DNA of 64,000 nucleotides from Bacteroidales bacterium (GTDB lineage: Bacteria; Bacteroidota; Bacteroidia; Bacteroidales; VadinHA17): positions 103,654-167,653 of the forward strand of contig JAVEZS010000001.1 of NCBI GenBank assembly GCA_034002885.1, in the 5' to 3' direction. Both the position numbers and the translations under genes were made by a program. Below, piece by piece: positions 48,962 through 57,999 of this stretch (positions are counted from its first letter, which is position 1; every line of letters begins with the position of its first letter). Under the pieces are notes generated by a model. It searched no databases and was not told where the DNA came from. It was given only the letters and a program-made list of their open reading frames with translations.

Positions 48962-49367
48962 GATTTGTTATCAGTTCAACGGCAGTCCCTTCGCCGGGAG
49001 TGCTTGTAATATTCATTTTGTCGCTGTTCCTCTTCATGTTCGAGAGCCCCATACCTGCTCCGAATCCCATTTCTCTCACCTGTGGAGATGCCGTGGAGAA
49101 TCCCTCTTCCATGGCTTTGGGAATATCTGGTATTCCTGGTCCCTTGTCGGTAATCAGGATCCTTATACGCCCGTTGTCAATTTCCACCTCTATCACTCCG
49201 GAGTAGGCATGAGCAACTACATTGACCTCTCCTTCATAAAGAGCAATAACCACTCTTTTGGATATAGAATGGTCGATGTTAAGCTGGCGGAGAATCTTTT
49301 TCACAGAGCTTGCAACAGTACCGGCATTGGCAAAATCGCCACCTGCTATTTTGTACTTGTACTGCAT
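48945..49367 (-). CDS. Small GHKL protein, anti-sigma-factor / Ser-Thr kinase-like (RsbW/SpoIIAB-like)
   Basis: 140 aa with EGEVNVVAHA (N-box-like), DKGPGI (G1) and GAGMGL (G2). Confidence 0.7.
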   Translation of the reverse strand: MQYKYKIAGGDFANAGTVASSVKKILRQLNIDHSISKRVVIALYEGEVNVVAHAYSGVIEVEIDNGRIRILITDKGPGIPDIPKAMEEGFSTASPQVREMGFGAGMGLSNMKRNSDKMNITSTPGEGTAVELITNLEPHE

Positions 49368-49369
49368 TA

Positions 49370-49819
49370 CTAGAAGAGGGGTTTTATTCCCGCCTTGTAT
49401 AGCTCACCCGATATTCTGAAAACCGAATACGGGCTCTCGATCAGAGTAATCCCTGTTTCTTTTGCCAGGGAAATGATTTCGCTGCCTGCCTTCTTGTTTC
49501 GTGCAAAGACGATACAGTTGATCTCTGACATTTCAGAAGTCCTTACAGCCTGAAGGTTTGTTAGTCCGGTTATAAGCAGAACGTTTTCCTTTTCGACCTT
49601 CAGAACGTCACTCATAAGATCGGAGGAAAATGCGTATTCAATTTCTTCTGCATTATTATTCCCGTAACAGACTATCCGTCCGTTGATCCTTTCTGCTACT
49701 TCGCTGATTGTCATTGTGCAAATTTGAGAATTCATGGTTTCCGTCAGCTTGGTTATATTCTGACGCAACAAAGGTAATAATTTAGTGTGAATAAAATAAC
49801 AATGTGAATAAAATAACAC
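49370..49819 (-). CDS. DRTGG-domain protein (copy 1)
   Basis: SDLMSDVL...VLLITGL.N.QAVRT...CIVFARN pattern. The real start is probably the ATG at 49735 or 49714, because the first 28 codons of the ORF cover the promoter box and tandem repeat. Confidence 0.65.
   Translation of the reverse strand: MLFYSHCYFIHTKLLPLLRQNITKLTETMNSQICTMTISEVAERINGRIVCYGNNNAEEIEYAFSSDLMSDVLKVEKENVLLITGLTNLQAVRTSEMSEINCIVFARNKKAGSEIISLAKETGITLIESPYSVFRISGELYKAGIKPLF
49769..49776 (-). promoter_or_regulatory. -7 promoter box (TAnnTTTG) of the hydrogenase/regulatory cluster
   Basis: The minus strand reads tacctttg, 34 nt upstream of the ATG at 49735. Confidence 0.5.
49786..49818 (-). repeat. Perfect 16-bp direct tandem repeat (period 17) over the -35 region of the hydrogenase cluster promoter
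   Basis: The plus strand reads tgtgaataaaataaca at 49786-49801 and again at 49803-49818. Confidence 0.9.
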
Positions 49820-49911
49820 AAAAAGAATTTCTTTATTGTTTCTGCTTTCTCTTTACTGAAGGTTACACTAGTATTTTCTGGTGTCCGGAAAGTATAATCA
49901 GCGGGTGATAA

Positions 49912-51543
49912 TCATTCTCTCAGACTCTTAAACTCAGAGCCCGGTTTCCATGCAGGAAAGCTGTCAGACATTGAAAGACGCCAGCCTATTGTAAAAGCAA
50001 GTCTGGCATCCTCGGCTACTCCCTCCAGATCCCAGGTAAGCGGATCATAATTGTCGGCAGGGCGGTGGTATCTGTTTTCAAGGTAGTCTTTTTCCATCAT
50101 TGCAGCCCAATCCTTTCCGTGTTCACGACTGTCAGTATTGCCCCTTGCGAAAAGGGAAGGTACGCCCTTTTTTGCAAATGAGAAATGGTCTGACCTGAAA
50201 TACATTCCTGTATGCGGGTTGGGATCAGCTGCGACATACCTTTCCTGTTCCTCAGCTGCTTCTCTGGCGTAATCGTCAAGATCCGACTGTCCGTAACCTG
50301 TGATCATAAGGTCCTTCATTCTGCCGATGGGAAGAAGAAGATCATTATTCAGGCATGCTACTGTTTTTTCTATGGGAAAGACAGGGTGTTCAGTGTAGAA
50401 AAGCGAACCTGTCAGTCCCTGTTCTTCGGCTGTAGGGAAGAGGAGTACGATGCTTCTTTCAGGTTTCTGCCGCAGGCCGGAGAAAGCTTTCCCTATGGCC
50501 AGTTCCCATGCCATGGATGTTCCGTTGTCAACAGCTCCGTTAAAGATTGAATCAGTGTTTTCCGGCTCACCTATCCCGAAATGATCCCAGTGTGCAGTAT
50601 AGACAATGCTTTCCTCAGGCCTCAGTGTTCCTCTCAGGACCCCTGCAACATTCCTGGAGCTGTTGTATTCCACGGTGTTACTTATTTCAAGAGAGATATT
50701 CATTCCCAGAGAAAAGCCTCTGAAATCACTTCCGCAGGCCTTCGTTCGGAGTTCTTCGGTGTTATGTCCAGATTCCCTGAGCAGTCTGTCTGCCTGCACT
50801 GACCTTATCCAGCCGGTAAAACGGCACTTTTCGGTATCTGACCCGATATAAAGGTTAGGGTTTACGGAACTGTTCCTCGGGACGTTGTAGGAGTAACCTG
50901 CTCCTTTGGGTTCATGTATTATAAGTATCCCTTCGGCTCCCTGACGGGCAGCCTCCTCATACTTGTATGTCCATCTTCCGTAATAGGTCATCTCATTGCC
51001 CTTGAAAAGGGACGAATCGCCTGTATAAAGTCCCGGATCATTAATCAGGACGATAACGGTTTTGCCTCTTACGTCAAGACCGGCATAATCGTTCCAGCCG
51101 TAATCGGGAGCGACTATTCCGAATCCTGCAAAGATCAGTTCTGATTCTTCGACAGTAACGGTTTCTTCCTCCAGCGGCGATATTATTGCTGCGTCTTCAG
51201 GTGTATTCAGTACGAAGGAACCTGACTTGTATTTAACCCTTGCCGGGTCTTTTACAACCGACCTGATCTTTACCATCGGGACTTCCTGGAAATAGCTGTC
51301 GCCGAAAGCAGGCTCAAAACCTATGTTCCTGAGTTCTTCGGCCAGATATTCCACTGTGATTTTTTCTCCTTCAGTAAAAGGCTCCCTGCCCATGAACTGG
51401 TCTGAACCAATATCCCTGACGAGTCTTTCAAGATCACTGACGCTGATTGATTCCCTGGCTTCCTCAAAAGAACCTGAAGGGCTGCATGCTGTTATAAAGG
51501 CAGCTAATGCAGGCACTATAAAGAGAGTACTCCTGCTTAACAT
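49912..51543 (-). CDS. Secreted M28-family aminopeptidase with a PA domain
   Basis: Lipoprotein-like leader (AAFITACS). Motifs HWDHFG, DNGTSMAWEL and AEEQGLTGS metal/catalytic. Confidence 0.8.
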   Translation of the reverse strand: MLSRSTLFIVPALAAFITACSPSGSFEEARESISVSDLERLVRDIGSDQFMGREPFTEGEKITVEYLAEELRNIGFEPAFGDSYFQEVPMVKIRSVVKDPARVKYKSGSFVLNTPEDAAIISPLEEETVTVEESELIFAGFGIVAPDYGWNDYAGLDVRGKTVIVLINDPGLYTGDSSLFKGNEMTYYGRWTYKYEEAARQGAEGILIIHEPKGAGYSYNVPRNSSVNPNLYIGSDTEKCRFTGWIRSVQADRLLRESGHNTEELRTKACGSDFRGFSLGMNISLEISNTVEYNSSRNVAGVLRGTLRPEESIVYTAHWDHFGIGEPENTDSIFNGAVDNGTSMAWELAIGKAFSGLRQKPERSIVLLFPTAEEQGLTGSLFYTEHPVFPIEKTVACLNNDLLLPIGRMKDLMITGYGQSDLDDYAREAAEEQERYVAADPNPHTGMYFRSDHFSFAKKGVPSLFARGNTDSREHGKDWAAMMEKDYLENRYHRPADNYDPLTWDLEGVAEDARLAFTIGWRLSMSDSFPAWKPGSEFKSLRE

Positions 51544-51596
51544 ATCTGATTGTTTTTCCTAATATACCAATTAATTACGACAGGAACAGTACACCT

Positions 51597-54119
51597 TCAC
51601 CTGAAAATCACATTCCAAAGGAGTATCCTTCCGCTTTTCCAGAATGCTCTGAAGTAGGGATTGTCGGTGACATATATAACCATTCCGTCGCCGATTCTTT
51701 CTGATCCTACAACAAGTGTGTTTTTAACAAGTTTCTGGTATTTATATCCTGCAAACCCTGAGACAGGGCTGCTTTCAAGAATATACCCGGCGTTTTGTCC
51801 TTTTGAAAGGTACGGGTATGGCTGGGAGCGTTTTAGTATGAACCACTCTTTCCCCAGTCCGAACATCAGTGGATTAGTGGTATCTGCAGCTACTCTGTAA
51901 ATGCTGGCTGCCGATCTTTCGGAAAGCATATGTCTGTTTTCGTCCCCGAAGTTCTTAAGATGGACAGGGTCGCCGCTTACGGCTTTTTTGTCTGCTGCCT
52001 TGAGTTCATTATTTCGTGTCTCAGTATCAGCTGACAGCGATGTCGATTTCACTGTGCTGAAGGTTGAAATGGCGTTCTCGAAAGCCACGACCCTGCCTCC
52101 TCTTTTTGCAAAATCGACTATGGTATCTTTCAGTCGCGAGTAGTTGCCCGAGGGAAGAAGCAGAACATCATAAACCGTAAGATCGACGCGGGATGCATCG
52201 GATGTATTTATAACAGTTACCGGATACTCAAGCTCCCTTTCGAAGAAATACCACAATTCGCCCGCTGATCCCTGTGAAAGCTCTTCGCCCATAAGCATTG
52301 CCACCTTCCTTTGTCTCCCCAAAACCGAATAATCCGATCCGGCATCCTTCCCTTTTTCTGCCAGCCCGGTGGTCATGACCGAGAGTTTCACATCCGATTC
52401 ATTGGCCGTTTCGTTGATTATCCTGTCGAAATTAGCATCAAGGGGCATGTTATCACTCCTTGTAATGATGAAGCTACCGGCCGGGTATTCTGAACCCCCG
52501 TTGCCAAAGGGTTTAAGTACATATCTTGTCCTGATTTGTTTGCAGTAAAGCAAAGAAATGAATTTCAGGGTGCTGAAGCCTCTGTTTTCAACTGCATACG
52601 CATAAGGCTTTACAGAGGGCATTGTATTTATGGCTTTTTCGTGGGCTACCCTGCCTTCAGCAGGCTTTATCTGCTCTTCAATGGCATAAGCTTTAAGATT
52701 GTAGGCATAGGGAAGGGCCCATGCTGTAAGATCGTAGCTGAGCGAATCAGATGCTTTGCTGTCGGGCTCAAAAAGTACCTGCATAAACTTAGACTGAGGC
52801 TGATAAGCGCTGATAAGAATATCGCCCCGTTCAATTGTGACTTCACCTTCCCTATTCTTCAGATAATCAAATCCCTTGTATTTCTTACCGGTATTGCCAG
52901 CATAGGAATATCTTATCTGGTTCCTGTCGAGAAGCTGGAAAAGGTCGGCGAGATCAGTCCGGCCCTCCTGATTTTTAATAACAACCGATTTGTATCTGAA
53001 GGCCGGCCGGTTCATGTTGTCGGAAAAGAATTTATTGAATTCCTCAATGAGTCTTAAACGGTTCTCATACGATACTTTGAGTGTCGCCATTGAGGCAGTG
53101 AAATGTCCGTCGATCCTTTTTTCCAGTGTCAGAGTATCTCCGGCCTCTCTTTTCAGGGCCAGCCCTGAATAGCCGCCTCCTCCCTGTTCATAGGTAAATC
53201 CTGCCGAACCGTTGAAAAGCGGCCATGTATCTCCGAAACTCGGACAGAAGAGGTCGTAGTTCTCCTTTGTATAATATAGTAATGACTTTCCGTCAAAAAG
53301 ACTGGCATTGGCTTTTCCCGTCAGGTTGTGAAATTCATGCTGCCATGAGCTTATTACTTCATGCCACGGATCAGCGCCCGGAGGGAAGAAGAAAGTCGAT
53401 TCGGCCCCCATCTCGTGAAAATCTGCATGAACATGGGGCATGAACTGGTTGTACAGAGCGATCCTCTGGGCGGTCTCTTTCTGTGTCTGCCAGGTCCAGT
53501 CGCGGTTAAGGTCGAAAAGGTAATGGTTCAGCCTTGCACTCGGGAAGGGCTGATTATGTTCCCTTGCGTTACCGTCAGGGTTGGGTGTAAGATTCCTTGT
53601 ATTCCTGAACCTTCCGGCGTACAGATCCCGCCCGTCGGGATTCTGGCAGGGATCGATAATTATTATGCACGATCTCAGCCAGTCAGATGTTACGGGAAAA
53701 GAGCCGGTTACAAGGGTCCATAGTACTTTCATGGCAGTTTCCATTCCTGCCGACTCATTTCCGTGTACATTGTAAGCCAGCCAGATTATTGGGATCTGCC
53801 GGCCTGTAAAGTCTCCGTCATGCAAACCTGTCTTTATCAGATTGTTCTTTCTAAGTTCTTCGATGTTCTTCAGATTTGCCTCATCAGAAACTATGCATAC
53901 ACCCAGGGGACGCCCCTCGTAAGTGGTCCCGTATTCCCTGTATTCGGCAAGCGGGGACTTTTCTGCAACATACCTGAAATACTCATTCGCCTGGTGGTGA
54001 AAGGTGAATTGACTGCCGGTCTCGTAACCCAGAAATTCTCCGGGTGATTTAATATTTTGACCAATAATATTAACAAGACAAATACAAAATGTTAGAAATG
54101 TAAATAGAAGACGTCTCAT
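51597..54119 (-). CDS. Secreted M14-family zinc carboxypeptidase with a long C-terminal extension
   Basis: Signal peptide. The HGNES (HxxE) zinc motif lies near the N-terminus of the 840-aa protein. Confidence 0.75.
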   Translation of the reverse strand: MRRLLFTFLTFCICLVNIIGQNIKSPGEFLGYETGSQFTFHHQANEYFRYVAEKSPLAEYREYGTTYEGRPLGVCIVSDEANLKNIEELRKNNLIKTGLHDGDFTGRQIPIIWLAYNVHGNESAGMETAMKVLWTLVTGSFPVTSDWLRSCIIIIDPCQNPDGRDLYAGRFRNTRNLTPNPDGNAREHNQPFPSARLNHYLFDLNRDWTWQTQKETAQRIALYNQFMPHVHADFHEMGAESTFFFPPGADPWHEVISSWQHEFHNLTGKANASLFDGKSLLYYTKENYDLFCPSFGDTWPLFNGSAGFTYEQGGGGYSGLALKREAGDTLTLEKRIDGHFTASMATLKVSYENRLRLIEEFNKFFSDNMNRPAFRYKSVVIKNQEGRTDLADLFQLLDRNQIRYSYAGNTGKKYKGFDYLKNREGEVTIERGDILISAYQPQSKFMQVLFEPDSKASDSLSYDLTAWALPYAYNLKAYAIEEQIKPAEGRVAHEKAINTMPSVKPYAYAVENRGFSTLKFISLLYCKQIRTRYVLKPFGNGGSEYPAGSFIITRSDNMPLDANFDRIINETANESDVKLSVMTTGLAEKGKDAGSDYSVLGRQRKVAMLMGEELSQGSAGELWYFFERELEYPVTVINTSDASRVDLTVYDVLLLPSGNYSRLKDTIVDFAKRGGRVVAFENAISTFSTVKSTSLSADTETRNNELKAADKKAVSGDPVHLKNFGDENRHMLSERSAASIYRVAADTTNPLMFGLGKEWFILKRSQPYPYLSKGQNAGYILESSPVSGFAGYKYQKLVKNTLVVGSERIGDGMVIYVTDNPYFRAFWKSGRILLWNVIFR

Positions 54120-54237
54120 TCAAATGAAATTAAAAGTTTGGCGGCTAATATACTATAATTCGTTAATATAATATCTGCAAATATCCGACAGAATGCCATA
54201 AAATCGGGGTCTGCCATCATGGGTATATTAAAATCGT

Positions 54238-54245
54238 TATTTTTG
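54238..54245 (+). promoter_or_regulatory. -7 promoter box for the DPP-IV gene
   Basis: tatttttg lies 41 bp upstream of the ATG at 54286. Confidence 0.4.
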
Positions 54246-54279
54246 TCGAAAGGTAATTCAAACTAAAAAATAATATACT

Positions 54280-56454
54280 TTGATTATGAAGAGATTTTAT
54301 CCTGTTTTTCTCGTTGCTGCCCTTCTTTTAACGGGCTTTTTTGCAGAGATGAGTTTATATTCTCAGATGCCTCAGAGGGGCGGAAGTCAGTTTCGCGTTA
54401 CGGGCTGGCTTGATGATAATAACTGCATCGTTCAGACATTTGATGCCGGGATGAATCCTGTTGTAAAAAGCGTGAACCTCAAATCGGGAAGACAAACGGT
54501 GATCCAGCCGGTTAAGTCGGCAAGGGAACTTCTTTCGGAGTCTATGCCCTCGGGTGTAAATATTGCTTTTACAGATGCCGTGAGTGATGATAACAAGAGT
54601 GCAGCATTATTGAGGGATAATGATCTTTATTTTATAAGGACAGGAGATAAGGAACTGCGCCGTCTTACCAGTGATGAGGTCCCGGAAGTGAACGCAAGGT
54701 TCTCTCCTGACGGGAGAAGGATTGCCTATACTAAGAATAAGGACCTGTATGTTTATGACCTTGCGGCATCAAAGGAAATAAGACTCACATCCGATGCATC
54801 GGAAAGAGTTTATAACGGTTATTCATCCTGGGTTTACATGGAAGAGATACTCGACCGGCCAAGCAGATATGCAGCATTCTGGTGGGCACCCGACGGAAAC
54901 CGTATCGCCTATCTGAGAACCGATGAGACTGATGTGCCCGTTTTCACCCTTAACCGTCTTGATGAACCTGATGGGATCCATGGCACTCTTGAGCAGGTTC
55001 CTTATCCAAAGGCAGGAGATCCCAATCCCAGGGTAAAGATGGGAATAGCTGATGTCTCAACAGGCAAAACAACATGGGTTAAGACAGACTACGGTGTTGA
55101 CCAGTATATTGCCTGGCCCTTCTGGACTCCCGACAGTAAAAAGATGGCGGTCCAGATAATTAACCGCGGACAGGATGAGATGCAGATAATTCTTGCAGAT
55201 CCTCTTACCGGCGATTTCAGCCTTGTCTATAGTGAAAAGCAGAAGGCCTGGCTCGACTTCTACAAGGATATTTACGTGATGAAAGACGGATCTGGTTTCA
55301 TTGTCAGGAGTGTAAGGAACGGATGGGAGAACCTTTATCATTACAGCTGGAACAACACCCTTGTTTCTCAGCTCACCGATCTTGACTTCAGGGTCACGGG
55401 AATTGAAAAAGTCGATGAGGGGCAAAGACTGTTGTATTTTACGGCGACAGGAATGGAATCGACCGACAGCCATCTTTTCAGGGTAGGTCTCGACGGGAAG
55501 AACCTGATACAGGTCACAAACGGACCAGGGGCTCACAGTGTCAGCATTTCACCCAAAGGAACATGGTTTGTGGATTCATGGAACAACCTCAGTTCACCAG
55601 GATCGGTTATTGCCATTGACAAAAGAGGAAACCCTGTAAGAGAGGTTTATAAAGCTGAGCAGACTGCCTTTGATCCTGCAAAACACTCAAAAGCTGAACT
55701 TGTAAGGATTACGACATCTGACGGGCTTTTCAGAATGCCTGCGATCATAACCTATCCTCTTAACTTCGATCCGTCAAAAAAATATCCGGTTATTTTCAGG
55801 ATTTACGGGGGCCCTGACTCAAGGAATGTCAGTAACAGATGGCTGGGAAATTCACCATCATGGGATTCACAGAACGGCATTATCACCTTCACGGTCGATC
55901 ACAGGGGCTCAGGTCATTTTGGAAAGAGAGGTCTCGACTACATGCACAGATGTTTGGGGAAATGGGAGATTCTCGACTATCAGGATGCCGTTAAGTGGCT
56001 TCTTGAAAAACCCTATGTCGACGGCTCCAGAATGGGTATTACCGGAAGCTCATACGGCGGTTATATGACCTGTCTGGCACTTACAAAGGGATCCGGATAC
56101 TGGACTCATGGTTTTGCAGGTTCTTCAGTAACCGATTACAGGCTTTACGACAATGTTTATACCGAACGTTATATGGATACTCCTCAGGAAAATCCTGAAG
56201 GATACAAAGAAGGCTCAGCCCTTACATGGGTTGACAGATACAAGGGCAAACTCTACATGACTCACGGAGATATTGACGATAATGTACATATGCAAAATTC
56301 GATATATCTTATTTCGAGACTTCAGGATGAGGGCAAGACCTTCCAGTTCATGATATATCCGAATAACAGGCATGGATTCAGCGGAGCAAAGGCACAGCAT
56401 TCGAGGAATGAGGCCAACAGGTTCTGGCTCGTAAATTTCTTTGGAAAAGAATAA
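54280..56454 (+). CDS. S9-family dipeptidyl-peptidase IV-like serine peptidase
   Basis: Signal peptide and a beta-propeller N-half. Catalytic GSSYGGYM, HGDIDDNVH and NRHGF. The likely start is the ATG at 54286. Confidence 0.85.
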   Translation: MIMKRFYPVFLVAALLLTGFFAEMSLYSQMPQRGGSQFRVTGWLDDNNCIVQTFDAGMNPVVKSVNLKSGRQTVIQPVKSARELLSESMPSGVNIAFTDAVSDDNKSAALLRDNDLYFIRTGDKELRRLTSDEVPEVNARFSPDGRRIAYTKNKDLYVYDLAASKEIRLTSDASERVYNGYSSWVYMEEILDRPSRYAAFWWAPDGNRIAYLRTDETDVPVFTLNRLDEPDGIHGTLEQVPYPKAGDPNPRVKMGIADVSTGKTTWVKTDYGVDQYIAWPFWTPDSKKMAVQIINRGQDEMQIILADPLTGDFSLVYSEKQKAWLDFYKDIYVMKDGSGFIVRSVRNGWENLYHYSWNNTLVSQLTDLDFRVTGIEKVDEGQRLLYFTATGMESTDSHLFRVGLDGKNLIQVTNGPGAHSVSISPKGTWFVDSWNNLSSPGSVIAIDKRGNPVREVYKAEQTAFDPAKHSKAELVRITTSDGLFRMPAIITYPLNFDPSKKYPVIFRIYGGPDSRNVSNRWLGNSPSWDSQNGIITFTVDHRGSGHFGKRGLDYMHRCLGKWEILDYQDAVKWLLEKPYVDGSRMGITGSSYGGYMTCLALTKGSGYWTHGFAGSSVTDYRLYDNVYTERYMDTPQENPEGYKEGSALTWVDRYKGKLYMTHGDIDDNVHMQNSIYLISRLQDEGKTFQFMIYPNNRHGFSGAKAQHSRNEANRFWLVNFFGKE

Positions 56455-56525
56455 ATATTTGTTGTTATATTAGTGTTATTTTTATAACAATCAGCCCTGA
56501 AATCTAAACTCCTAAATCTAACTCT

Positions 56526-57656
56526 ATGATTATTGGAATTTTAAAAGATTCCGGACCAGAAAGGCGCGTGGCTATGCTTCCCGGCGAAGTCGCTGCAGTA
56601 AAGAAAACCGGAATCGATGTTCTTACTGAAAAAGGAGCAGGAGCAAAAGCATTCTCAGCGGATGATGCATTCCTCTCTGCCGGGGCAGTTGTAAAGGAAA
56701 GGTCTGAAGTAATATCAGGATCGGCAGTTTTGTTAACAGTTAATCCTGTTCCCGAAGCTGATCTCGATCTTTGCAGGGAAGGGCAGATACTCTGTTCCGT
56801 TGTTAATCCGGCGGAGAACGGAGAATGGCTGGAGAAGGCAAGGATAAAGGGGCTTACTGTTCTGGCTCTAGATCTTGTTCCGCGCATAACGAGGGCCCAG
56901 TCGATGGATGTGCTTTCGTCGATGTCAACCGTTGCCGGATACAAGGCTGTACTTGCTGCTGCTTCAGTCCTTCCCAAATTTTTTCCAATGTTCATGTCGG
57001 CGGCAGGAACAATAAAGCCCTCTAAGGTGCTTATTCTTGGAGCCGGAGTTGCTGGTCTGCAGGCTCTGGCCGTAGCCCGTAAGCTGGGAGCTGTGGTGGA
57101 GGTTTTCGATGTAAGGTCGGCCGTAAGGGATGAAGTAAAAAGCCTTGGAGGAAGGTTCATAGAGGTTGAAGGAGCAACAGAAGACAAATCAGCAGGCGGG
57201 TATGCCATCGAGCAGACTGAGGAATACAGGAAGAAACAACAGGATCTGATCCAGAAAAGCGCTGTAGCTGCCGATGTTGTAATAGCAACGGCACAGATTC
57301 CGGGAAGGCGTGCTCCGCTTCTTATCCTGAAAGAAACAGTTATGTCAATGAAGCCCGGGTCGGTTATCGTTGATCTGGCCGCATCGACAGGGGGTAATTG
57401 TGAACTTACTGAAAATGAAAAGACTATTGTTGTCAATGGAGTTACAATAATAGGGAAATCAGACTTTCCTTCCGAAATGCCGGCCGACTCAAGCAAGATG
57501 TTCGGATCGAATATCGTGAACCTGCTTAAGATCATCACAGAAAAGGACGGATCACTGAACCTGAATATGGAGGATGAGATCATTGCCGGAACGACGGCTG
57601 TGCATAAAAAGGAATATATTAGTCAGAGGGCAAAACAGATGTTAGGAATTAAATGA
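56526..57656 (+). CDS. pntA: NAD(P) transhydrogenase subunit alpha part 1 (PntAA, dI)
   Basis: AlaDH/PNT fold with the Rossmann motif VLILGAGVAGLQALAVARKLGAVVEVFD. 376 aa. Confidence 0.9.
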   Translation: MIIGILKDSGPERRVAMLPGEVAAVKKTGIDVLTEKGAGAKAFSADDAFLSAGAVVKERSEVISGSAVLLTVNPVPEADLDLCREGQILCSVVNPAENGEWLEKARIKGLTVLALDLVPRITRAQSMDVLSSMSTVAGYKAVLAAASVLPKFFPMFMSAAGTIKPSKVLILGAGVAGLQALAVARKLGAVVEVFDVRSAVRDEVKSLGGRFIEVEGATEDKSAGGYAIEQTEEYRKKQQDLIQKSAVAADVVIATAQIPGRRAPLLILKETVMSMKPGSVIVDLAASTGGNCELTENEKTIVVNGVTIIGKSDFPSEMPADSSKMFGSNIVNLLKIITEKDGSLNLNMEDEIIAGTTAVHKKEYISQRAKQMLGIK

Positions 57657-57663
57657 GATTGAA

Positions 57664-57966
57664 ATGGAACAGTTATCGGAATTCTTCTTACAGCACCGCG
57701 AGGCAATTTTCATAGTTATTCTTTCAGTTTTTCTGGGGATAGAGGTGATAAGCCATGTTCCCGCGATTCTACATACCCCCCTTATGTCGGGAGCGAATGC
57801 CATCCACGGAGTCGTAATAATAGGGGCGATAATAGTAATGGGCCATGCAGATACTGCCCTGTCTTTGATTCTCGGCTTCCTGGCCGTTGTACTGGGGACC
57901 CTTAATGTTGTTGGCGGATTCGTTGTCACCGACAGGATGCTCGAAATGTTTAAGAAGAAGAAATAA
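57664..57966 (+). CDS. NAD(P) transhydrogenase subunit alpha part 2 (PntAB, membrane)
   Basis: 100 aa with three TM helices and LHTPLMSGANAIHG. Confidence 0.85.
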   Translation: MEQLSEFFLQHREAIFIVILSVFLGIEVISHVPAILHTPLMSGANAIHGVVIIGAIIVMGHADTALSLILGFLAVVLGTLNVVGGFVVTDRMLEMFKKKK

Positions 57967-57999
57967 GGATGACAACTAATGATACTTAAATATTAAAGG

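Noticed and set aside
49736-49819. A 28-codon N-terminal extension of the first DRTGG ORF
   Set aside because: It would translate through the TAnnTTTG promoter box and the 16-bp tandem repeat. The paralogue at 47239-47577 aligns from the internal Met.
56462-56490. An AT-rich hairpin (ttgttata / tataacaa, 13-nt loop) and a short aaatcta direct repeat between the DPP-IV and pntAA genes
   Set aside because: The stem contains only A/T pairs apart from one G-C, the loop is long and no T-run follows. It is a weak terminator at best, and the direct repeat is too short to distinguish from chance in AT-rich DNA.
56504-57583. A 359-aa ORF on the minus strand, exactly antisense to pntAA
   Set aside because: Its translation is low-complexity and Ser/Thr/Ala/Pro-rich, with no motif, no promoter box and no plausible start context. 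The sense strand encodes an unmistakable AlaDH/PNT-fold protein. Long antisense shadow ORFs are common opposite Ala/Gly/Val-rich genes.
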